Positions 1 to 9,372 of a DNA stretch of 64,000 nt are shown here, one piece after another. Each line of letters opens with the position of its first letter. Positions within the stretch are counted from its first letter, which is position 1. The position numbers and the translations under genes are program-made. Source of the stretch: Camelus ferus (lineage: Eukaryota); NCBI RefSeq assembly GCF_009834535.1, contig NC_045697.1, positions 99,882,001-99,946,000 on the forward strand, read 5' to 3'. The notes under the pieces are model-generated. The model worked only from the letters and a program-made list of their open reading frames with translations, had not been told where the DNA came from and ran no database searches.

Positions 1-43
1 CCGCCATGGTCGGGGGCACGTCTGAGGCTGTCAGCCCCACCAT
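1..43 (-). CDS. UCP1: UCP1 exon 1, 5' part (uncoupling protein 1); continues beyond the window start
   Basis: Reverse complement of 1-43 reads ATG GTG GGG CTG ACA GCC TCA GAC GTG CCC CCG ACC ATG GCG G = MVGLTASDVPPTMA, the UCP1 N-terminus. Kozak context is aggATGg. The position downstream of TBC1D9 on the same strand matches known UCP1-TBC1D9 synteny. Confidence 0.95.
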   Translation of the reverse strand, partial: MVGLTASDVPPTMA

Positions 44-205
44 CCTGACCCAGCGCGGAGCGAGGCACCGGTGCCAGCGCCGAAGGTGGAAGTTCGCCCT
101 GGCTCCTCACTCCTCCGCGCCGAGGCAGCAAGGAGTTGGCGGCGCCGGCCTCCCCTCCCTTGCGCCCAGGCTGGCCGCGCGGTGCCCCTGTCCTCCCCGG
201 GTGAC

Positions 206-212
206 TTATATC
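206..212 (-). promoter_or_regulatory. UCP1: UCP1 TATA-like box (GATATAA)
   Basis: Plus ttatatc = minus GATATAA, the only AT-rich word in the CpG island, ~165 bp upstream of the ATG. Implies a TSS near 175-180. Confidence 0.75.
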
Positions 213-1188
213 GAGGTGCTCGGGGGCTGAGCAGCTCCAGATCTCAAAGGACCCGGGCGTGGGCCTGACGGGGGCGTGCCCTGGGACGCCGGGCCCCGCC
301 CACCTCCCCATCCTCGCTCGGCGCCTGGGGAGCCGCCCTTCACCTCGAAAGCCCTCGCTGCGCTCGTACCTGGCCGACTGCGCCCTGCCGTCGGCGCCTC
401 GCGGAGCGCGCACCGCAGCGGGCACCCCGCGCCCCGCGCCCCGCGCACGCGCGGCTGCTGCCGAGGCTTCCGGCACCTTCCGCGGCGCGCTGTGGCGGGA
501 GACCCTGAAACAAGCGCGAGCTCAGTGACCCTGGTGGAAGGTCCCGCCCAGCCAGAGCTCTCCAAGGCAAGAATGGGGCTCCTCTTACTTCTCTGGCTCC
601 CCAGAAGCTTTGCAGGCACCCTTTGAGCTAGACTCCATTTTCCTCCTGCCTCCTTTCAAACACTAAAACCAGACTGCAAAAAAATCCCAGTCAGAAAACA
701 AGAGCTCTCAGAACTTTTAAAGTGTTTCATTTGAATACTTTTTGTAGGAGGATATCAAATGAGATAATAAACATACTAGAAAGCAAATCTGTAGTAAATG
801 GCTAAAGCACTATGTAAAATGAGATAATCACTTGCTCCCTTTAATTTCACGCGCAGGGGCGTGCAGAGGAGAGGACAGGGGCAGGTCGCTTGGCTCACGT
901 GCGGCCCCGCTGCTTCCCTTCTCTGTGGCCCTGGGCAGGTCATCTGTACTCCGGCCTTTGCTTCCGTCCGAGTGGGATGTGTTTCCACATCTATCCCAGG
1001 TATGAAATCCTGGTGCTAACTTACCTATAAATGAAACCATGTAATGTGTGTTTGTTGTGGGAGGAGGAGCTGTTCCTACTTCTGCTCCTATACAAGGATT
1101 TGTTTTGAGTGTTCATTTCTCCTTTTGGTCCAGGAGCAGGGAAAATAAGAATAATTGCCAAAGCATCCCTAAGAATAGGTTGTGTGTA

Positions 1189-1743
1189 TAGTAGGCCACC
1201 TAATTTGATGCGGATACATTCCAAGACCCACACTGGATGCCTGAAACCGCAGGGTTGGACTGAACCTTGTATATACTATGTTCTTTTCCTTTACATACAT
1301 ACCTATAATAACGTTTAATTTATAAATTAGGCATAGTAAGAGAATATCCAATTGCCAGTATCACCACTCTTGCAGTTGGAAGCCATTATTAAGTAAAATA
1401 AGGGTTACTTGAGCACACATGCTGTGATAAGGGTGATAAGGTGACAGTCAATCTGATAACTGGTTGGCTACTGAGTGAGATAAGGTGACAGTCAATCTGA
1501 TAACTGGTTGGCTACTGAGTGACTAACAGGCAGGTTATACTGGACAAAGGGATAGTTCCGGGGGGAACAGAGTGGGATGGCATGACATTTCATCATGCTA
1601 CTCAGAAAGGCATGCACTTTGAAACTTATGAATAGTTTATTTCTGGAATTTTCCATTTAAAATTTTCTGATCGTGGTTAACGGTGGGTAACTGAAATGGC
1701 AGAAAGTAAAACTGTGGATGGAGTGAGCGGGGGGGGACTACTG
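1189..1743. mobile_element. MER44/Tigger7-like TcMar DNA transposon relic
   Basis: Termini tagtaggccacc... and ...ggggggactactg followed by TA. Internal aagtaaaataagggttacttgagcac and cttatgaatagtttatttctggaattttccatt match the recalled MER44 consensus. Confidence 0.7.
1435..1522. repeat. Perfect 44-bp tandem duplication
   Basis: gataaggtgacagtcaatctgataactggttggctactgagtga at 1435-1478 and again at 1479-1522. Confidence 0.95.
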
Positions 1744-2009
1744 TACTGTACAAGAAGCCAGTCCTAAGGAGATTCCAGGGGATGTCCGGGTTGAGGGACA
1801 GATGTAGAGGGAGTCAGCGTTAAAGGTAGGTGGGCTCTGGATAAACAGAGGAGATGGAGGAGACAGTGGGTTTGTCCTCTGAAAAACCTGTTGAAATAAA
1901 GAATGCTTGGGGCAAGTAAGTGGCAGGCAGGAAGGCAAAGATGTCTGGGAAAGCAGGGGGATGATATGGGGATGCATTCTGTTGGCCTGACTGGGAAAGC
2001 AGACGATGG

Positions 2010-2105
2010 GGAAGGAGAGGGGGAGAGAAGAGAAACAGAGACACAGAGAGGGGGGGGGAGAGAGAGAGACAGAGACAGGGAGGGGAGGGGAGAGAGAGAG
2101 ACAGG
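2010..2105. repeat. Purine-rich (GA)/(GAGACA) low-complexity tract
   Basis: Nearly pure A/G sequence with gagagaga and gacagaga units. Confidence 0.8.
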
Positions 2106-3999
2106 GTAAGAAGTTGGTAAGAGATAAGGCTGTAGAAGCCAAGTGAAGCCAGTTGAGAAAATCTGTTCTGAATGTGGACTCATGCCTGTCTCGTACTTTA
2201 CAGATTGTCAGATGCCCTCCGTTACATGTCACATTTCATCTGGCAGACAGCTTTATGAATAGCTAGGTATGGAGTCAAAGATTTTTCAGATATGACTCTA
2301 AGTTTAAGAACATGGTAGTAGGCTCAGTGATGGTGCCAACTGACTGTCATGAGACAGTTGATAAGGGGAGGTGATTTTAGGGGCAAAGACATGAAGTCGG
2401 ATTTTAAACTCTTGGAATTGTTTGAAGAGAAGGTTGTTTATAGAGCTACCATAGGAAACTGCATATAATAGGCAAAGAGTGAGAAATCAGAGCTGGGAGG
2501 TACTTGAGAGTCAGCAGTATGGAGGTGATGACAGAGGCTACACATTACATGGGAGTGAGTATAAAAGGGCTAGGAAAAGAGGTCAAGGCCAAGGGGTACT
2601 GAGGGGTACCAAGAGTTATGGTCTAGGAAGAATGGCCTTGTCAAAGGTACAATTAGGAAAGGAACAGCGTCCCCTGTCATGGAATTGTGGTATTTAAGAA
2701 TATAATTAAGGAAAGATCGACAAGTGTACTATTCAGAAAAAAATGTCAAAAGAAGACAAAAACAAAGAAAAGCCTATTGGATTTGGCTCTAACATAATTG
2801 GCCCCCTTAGGGGTACAACTGTGGAGGCATTATTAGGTGGTAAGGCTGATGGCTAAGCAAAGATTTAGAATGTTTTGTAGAGTATGCCCAAATGTATAAA
2901 AGGGGGCATTATTCCTTGATAACTCTAGTGAACTTCTGCTATCAACTGGTTAGTCTCCAGCCCACAACCCAACCCTACCAACTCTACCCACTGTCCTTCA
3001 CAGTGGTTCCATCTATAGTGGTTTTAAAGCATAATTGCAAATTCTTCCCATCAAAAGGTGAGGGTCCACGTCTCTTCTTTTTGCATCTGGGCAGGCTTGT
3101 GAATGCTTTACCATAGCGTAAGATAGAATTGATGCTATGTGGTTTATAAGGCCGAACCTTAAAGTCCTTTCATCTTATTCACTGTAATATTTGGAGCCCT
3201 GGGCCACCATATAAGAAATCCAACTTCTCTGAGGCTGCCATGCTGGGGAGGCCCCAAGTAGGCACCTCCAGTCTTCCCCACCAAGGCACCAGACATTAGA
3301 GGGCTGCTCTCTTGGACTCTTCAGATAAACCAACCTGCCAGTTGAATACACTAGGTAATCTCCACCAGTGGGGTAGGGCAGGAGAAGCGTCCAGCTGAGC
3401 GCTGCCCAAATTCCTGACCTGGGAACTCGTGAGGAGCAGTGCAGTGGTTGTGGTTTTAAGCTGAAACCACCTTGTCTCTTTTGTGAAGCTGGGAGTGACA
3501 TACACTCTGCTTACCCTTTCCTCCAACACTACCTTCATGATGAGGAGTTGGATGCAGTGGGTGGCTGGAGGATTTTGAACTTGGACTATAAAAAGACGTC
3601 ACGTTACATCTTTGAAGAAGCAGGGCAAACTAAAAGTTGTTTTGTTTCCTCCTATGTTTTAAAAAGTCAGAGTACAACAAACTAGATGATAGGGTGAAAT
3701 GAGAGCTATTAGGAGGGGAGGGAATATGAGAAAAAGATCTGTCAGAAAACATGAAGGGTTGTGGGGCAAACCAGGTAAAGACACGCAGGGAGAGGGGGAG
3801 AGTGGCTGACTGATTTGAGACCACGAGGATAAAGGACAGCAAGGGATGCTGGGCACGTGAAAGTTTGTTTCCCCACCTTTGTGGTCTGAGGCTGTGGGAG
3901 AGAACAGGCTGCAATGGCTTTCAGGTAGTTCACGGGCAGTGTTGCTCTGGCATATAGACATCTGGTTAGCTGTGGCCAGGTAAGAGCCTTCTGCAGGAG

Positions 4000-4181
4000 T
4001 TCCTTCTGTACAGCACAGGGAGATGTGCTCAATATTTTGTAATAACTTTTAATGGAAAAAACCATGAAAACAAATATATAAATATATGTCTATGCATGAC
4101 TGGAACATCGTGCTGTACACCAGAGATTGACACATTGTAATTGACTGTACTTCAATAAAAATTTTTCTTAATTAAGATAGA
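4000..4181 (+). mobile_element. 5'-truncated L1 3'UTR insertion with 18-bp TSD
   Basis: L1 3' end (gctgtacaccagagattgacacattgtaa...cttcaataaaa) flanked by aagagccttctgcaggag at 3982-3999 and 4182-4199. Confidence 0.9.
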
Positions 4182-4329
4182 AAGAGCCTTCTGCAGGAGA
4201 CACTAGCAGTTTATTCAGTGGTGAGTGAGACGTGCGAGGCACAGTGCCAGTACGGAAGGTCCCAGAGAAGCAGAAGGCAAAGCCTCCTGTGGGAAGACCC
4301 TGAGAGGTCACAAGAGTTCCAGGTTCTGA

Positions 4330-4570
4330 AAGATTCTGGATTCCAAGGGCCAGGCTACCTCACCCACTTCTGAGAGGCTCTGGGAAGTAGGAGAAAGTTT
4401 GCCCCAAGTTGGAGAGAACAGTAGGGGAGAGGGTGGCATCCCCAAAGGGTCAGACGTCTGCTCTTCTAGCACAAGAGGTAAAGCGGTAAAGAACAGGTCC
4501 GTGTCAGCAAGGGTGGCAGACCTTGTATGATGTAGCTGACAGGTGGCAGCAGGTTCCCACTGTGCTAAAT
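4330..4570 (-). promoter_or_regulatory. UCP1: UCP1 distal enhancer
   Basis: Contains TGACCCTTTGGGGAT (minus strand of 4438-4452; the RARE-3-type element) and CCACCCTTGCTGA (4504-4516; URE1/PPRE-like). The flanking CCACCCTCTCCCCTACTG..CTCTCCAAC..GGGCAAACTTTCTCCTACTTCCCAGAGCC matches the recalled human enhancer. Confidence 0.88.
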
Positions 4571-5689
4571 TCCTATGTTCCTCTTTTAAAATTTAGAACG
4601 ATGAGCTGTGGTCAAGGAGGAATCTCTGAACAAAACGTCTTTGTATTAAATAAATAAGTGATAAATAACAATGCTATGCATTTGAATAATGTTCTACACT
4701 TTTCTAACCACTGGTAGGAAATGTCATGTTGTAGTTTTATAGATAAATGGGCAAGTGACAGAAGAGACAGTTTATAAAAGAAGAAATACAACCTTTAAAA
4801 TAGGGAGCTATATTTACTATCACTAATAAAAAAATTGTACCTTTTTCATCTAATACATTAATACTTGTCTCTACCAAAATTATAATTATTATAACACTTA
4901 CATGTGCATTTTAAATTTACTGTTATACATATTAATAAATTATGACTATTATAACTATAAATTATAAATATGTAAAATATGGTAATTATAGTATCAGTGC
5001 TGTATTAATGATGGCACTATAAAGTCACATGATTCTTTTGGAAAACGATTTGGCAGTTAGCATTGAGCCAAGAAAATGTCCATATTCTTTGCTCCAACAA
5101 TTCTACTTCTGGGTATCTACCCTAAAACCACTAGCCAAAATATGAGAAAGTCATATGTAGGATGATACTTATATGGCTTAACATTTAAAACAGCAGATTG
5201 GTGGCAGTACTAAGCTCAGTTGGGATTGCGCCCTGCGTGTCTGGGTCTGTCTGAAGGGCTGTGCATGTTTCAGCCTGTGGGTGTCTGCTGATGGGCACTG
5301 GTTGCAAGCGGGGCAAGGAACTGCCCTTAGGAGCAGGGAAACAGTAGGGAGAGGACAGGATGGGGTTTTCTGGGTCCAGCCCAGCCCAGCCCAGCCCAAA
5401 GAGAGGGAACCCCTCAAGTTCTGCATTAAGGAGAAAATATTGCATTTCCATTCTGCTTCAGGTGGTATAGCCTAGTGATTAAGAGAGCAACAGGCCTGTG
5501 TTCGGATTCTAAGATGCCTACTAACCAGGTGAGCGGGGACAAATGACTTCTCTGACCTCAGATCCTTCACGTTGGTGATGAGTATTCCCGAGTCGTTAGG
5601 TGGTTCTTATTAGGGGACCGCTCCTTGTGCTTAGCACCAGAAAAACACAATCCCCCTAATGCTAGGAGAGACTCATCCATTTCATGCCC

Positions 5690-5865
5690 TTAACAGATAG
5701 TTGTACAGCATTTGACAAGTGCCAGACACTTTCTAAGCACTTTACAAAATGCACCACGTGTAGTCCTCATCGCTGTCGTCTGAGGTAGGCGCTGCTGTGA
5801 CCCCACTTTACAGATGAGGAAACTCTGAGGCTCAGCGGAGTTAAGTAACTTCTAGGTCACCTGAC
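5690..5865 (+). mobile_element. MIR SINE
   Basis: Core ccccactttacagatgaggaaactctgaggctcagcggagttaagtaact. Confidence 0.75.
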
Positions 5866-8079
5866 CATTTCATAATACACTTGGGATCTGTCTGACCTCC
5901 AAGATCTCAATCACTAAACAATACCCAAACTGCCTTCCCGATATATTTGTGACATGATACTTTACTGTATTTGAAGATGTATAATTGTTAAATATACTCA
6001 TGTACATTTTTCTATAAGTCATGTCAAAGGTTATCAAAAAATCACATGAGATACATATCCTTTACTTGGTTTATGTACATTACCAAGGGACTTACAAAGA
6101 GAAGAATAAATATTATATCACTTTTACTCTAAAAATCACTTTATTTCATTTGATCTCAGTAGAACCTGGTGGAAGAGGTGGGAAAGGTAATATATGTGGG
6201 ATTTTGAAAAATGAAATTTATAGGGATCGAGGCCCAGTGGAGAGAGCAGAGCATGAAGAGGAAGTGATTGCCTGGAGAACAGGACAGTCCTGTCCTCAGA
6301 ACTTGAAGGCATAGCCAATGGAGAGTTAGATTTGCTTTGTACACGATTAAGGAAAAGAATCAGCGCTTCAGAGTGGAGAGTGCAGGTTGACAGATTTTAG
6401 ATAAGTGTAAATAACGTTCTACTTAGTCCATGTGATCAGAGATGGTCTGTGATGCTATTTTTGATAACAAGTTCTCTGTCACTGCAGGTATTAAATTTCA
6501 GGTAGTTTGGTGTCATATTAATTCAGAGTATCAGATTTCTTGTCAGAAGGACCTGGATTTGAATCTGTCATGTGCAATCTATGTGACCTCATGCATCCTG
6601 TCTGTAAAGTGGGGACAGGAGTCATAATTACTGTGATATTGTGAGGACACAATGAAATAACACTAGTAAAAATCTTAGCAAAACAAGCACAGAGAGGCAC
6701 CTAAAAAAGGCATAATAGGTGATTGTTTCAATTACATTTTTAAACACAGGTTGGATGACCACTTTGCAGGTTGTAGGGAACCAAAGCATTGAACTAAAGG
6801 GTTTGCTCAAAGATGTGAAAGATCCCTTCACACTGTGAGACCATGAGTCCATGACTCTGTGACCCATCCTGGGAAACAGTTACTACATAGGAGGAGCGGG
6901 GCTGGATCCCAGATCTCTTTACTGAGGGCGGCCAGGAGTGGGATGAGGGTGAAATGGGGACATTCCAGCTGAGGAAAATCCTTGTCGCTCCTGGTGCGTG
7001 GGGTGGGGGTGCTGGGCCTCTGTTCTGATGGGGAAGTGGTTACCGGGTTAGAGGTCATAGCCCAGTTCCAGGACCCTCTCCTCCCCTCACCCCTCCTCTT
7101 CCCAATCTCCTGGACAAGTGGAAATGTCAGAGTGGTGTGTCCCGCCTGGCAGAGAGGACTTGGTCAGAGATCAGTGATTGCAGCCCTGGTGCGAATGTGA
7201 TATAGACACTGGGGAAAGGAGCAAAGACCAACTGGGGTTACATTGCAAGTGTCCTTGGTGATGTCTGTGGCTATTGCTTCGACACTGTTTGCCGATTTCC
7301 AGCGCTGTGTGGAAAACAGAGACCGGCCAGGGGCCTCTCAGCTGGCGTGCAGCCTGTGGACGCTGTGAGCCCAGGTGACAAGCTGTTGATCCCGAGTATT
7401 TGGGAAGGATGAAGCTCTGACACTAAGGAACAGATAGATTTTACTTCATCCACAGCATGATGCAGCAGGGCAAAATAAAGGAAGGGAAGTACTGCCCCTA
7501 AGCATTCTCACTTTGTTGTTTGAGTACAGAGTGTGAAATGCTGAGGGAGCGGGTCATGAGGAACCCACCGAGGGATTCAGCATCCCCCACTTCCCACAGT
7601 GCTGTGTCTGACGTGAGAGGACAGGGTATGTGCACTCTTTGTGCTGTGCACGCACATTTATGTGTGTGCATAGAATTCTGTAAAAGCGCTCTCTTTTACA
7701 TTTTATTTGTATGTTTAAAATGATTATTTAGAAACACACATGTGACTGATTTTAAGATCCCTGATCCTCACAGACGAGAGAATAAAGCTTCCTTTCCCTT
7801 ACTTTCCTGTAATCTCTAGAATGACCTTTTGAGGGCTTTCCAGAAGGCTTTCTTTGCCCAGCTGGATTTCATAATAAAATAGCTCACGTGGAGGTTAGTT
7901 TACTTAGAAGCTGTAAGCTCTAAATTGTCACATGCTCTACTCTGTTTCTTTTGAGATGTACCCTCTTTGTTTTGATCCTTTGCTAAATTATCTTGTTCTG
8001 CATTCCTTGGTTAGGTACGAAGGGGATTGGTATTTGGGGTATCTGTCCATTGGGCGGAGCTGTTCTAACATTCTTGGAG

Positions 8080-8570
8080 TAATTGTTTGTTCAATGAATG
8101 TCGGATTCCAGGTGCATTTATTGAGCACCCACTGCATGTACTGGGCTGAGGTCTAAGGAGACAGACACTTGAATAGATGATGATACAATATGGTAGGCAC
8201 AGTGCTAGGGATGTGGAGATACAGCCAGGTGATTGGGGAGCAGAGAAGGGTGCCTGATCCAGACTCTGGGCATTTGGGAGGCTTCCTGAAGAAGATGGAG
8301 ATGGATCCACATCTTGAAAAGTGAGCAGGCATTTCCAGGCAAGGGACAGGGGCATGGGACGTGGAGAGCAAGGTCATGCCAGTCAGATGAGACAGCACAG
8401 CCAAGACATGGAGCCAAGGAACAGCATAATATGTTCAAATAAATAAAAGCTCATTGGTATTTCTGGACTATCAAAGGCAAGGCAGGGGAAAGCAAGAGAT
8501 AATTGAGTCCGAGATGCTCCTCAGTATTGAGGAGGCTTTAACTAGGGAAGTGACAATGTTAATTTTATAC
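8080..8570. mobile_element. L2 LINE fragment
   Basis: catttattgagcacccactgcatgtactgggctgagg followed by an L2-typical purine-rich body. Confidence 0.6.
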
Positions 8571-8584
8571 TGTAGCTAAATTTA

Positions 8585-9372
8585 TGTCGCGTTGGGTTGA
8601 ACTCTTGGGAGCTGTGAGAAGAATCTGTTCCATGCCTCTCCTTTAACTTCTAATGGTTTGCTGGCCATCTTTGAAGTTCGAAGCATCATCCCAGTCTCTG
8701 CCTTCACCTTCACGTGGTGTGCTTCCTGTGTGTGTCTGTGTCCAAATAGCCCCTCTTTATAAGGACACATATTGGGTCAGAGTCCACCCTAATGACCTCA
8801 TCTTTTTTCATCTAATAAATAGTATATATATTTAAGGTATAAAACATGATGATTTGATATACATTTACATAGTGAAATTGTTCCTGCAGTCAAGCTAATT
8901 AACACATCCATCCCTTCACACAAGTTACCATTTTTCTCTTTTTCTGTGTGTGTGTGGTGAGAGCACCAGAAATTTCCAGTATTCATGTAGTACTGTTAAC
9001 TCTAGTCTTCATCCTGTGCCTTAGATCTCTAGACTTACTCATCCATAGAACTGCAGCTGTGTACCCTTTGACCAATGTCTCTCCTTTTCCCCCACCTCCT
9101 CACCCCTGCTAACCACTTCAACTCTCAGCTTCTATGTTTTTAACTTTGTTAGTATCCACATATAAGTGAGATCATGCAGGTTTTTTCTATGTCTGGTTTA
9201 TTAGCATAATGTCCTCTAGTTTCATCCACATTACCTAATGACCTCATCTTAATTTAACTAAATATACCTGCAATAACTCTATTCTCAAAAAGAGTCACAT
9301 TCTGAGATACTGGGAGTTATGACTTAAACATATCAGTTTGGTGAGGGGGGCGCCATAATTCAGCCCATAACA
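8585..9372 (-). mobile_element. MLT1 (ERVL-MaLR) solo LTR, split by an L1
   Basis: Minus strand starts TGTTATGGGCTGAATTATG...CTCAGAATGTGAC...AAGATGAGGTCATTAGG and resumes at 8804 with GGGTGGACTCTGACCCAATATGTGTCCTTATAAAGAGG. Confidence 0.85.
8805..9233 (-). mobile_element. L1MA-type 3' fragment inserted in the MLT1 LTR, 17-bp TSD
   Basis: TSD cctaatgacctcatctt at 8788-8804 and 9234-9250. Body tatatatttaaggtataaaacatgatgatttgatatacat... is typical of L1MA 3' ends. Confidence 0.85.

Larger units (their letters stand above)
1..530. promoter_or_regulatory. UCP1: CpG island over the UCP1 promoter, 5'UTR and exon 1
   Basis: Very GC- and CpG-dense (cgcg, gcgc, ccgc runs), ending abruptly near 530-600. 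Confidence 0.9.

Noticed and set aside
5-7. Second in-frame ATG at UCP1 codon 13 in strong context (accATGg)
   Set aside because: The first ATG already has a strong Kozak context, and Met at this position is not unusual among UCP1 orthologues as I recall. No evidence for a truncated isoform.
1-43. Whether UCP1 is pseudogenised here
   Set aside because: Only 14 codons are visible and they are intact, so status cannot be judged from this window.
6-626. Several overlapping Arg/Pro/Ala/Gly-rich ORFs, including 6-230 with a perfect ccgccATGG Kozak
   Set aside because: Typical CpG-island artefacts. The ATG at 6-8 is simply the antisense of UCP1 codons.
1738-2232. 164-aa and 139-aa Leu/Ser/Pro-rich ORFs
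   Set aside because: Translation of the (GA)n purine tract.
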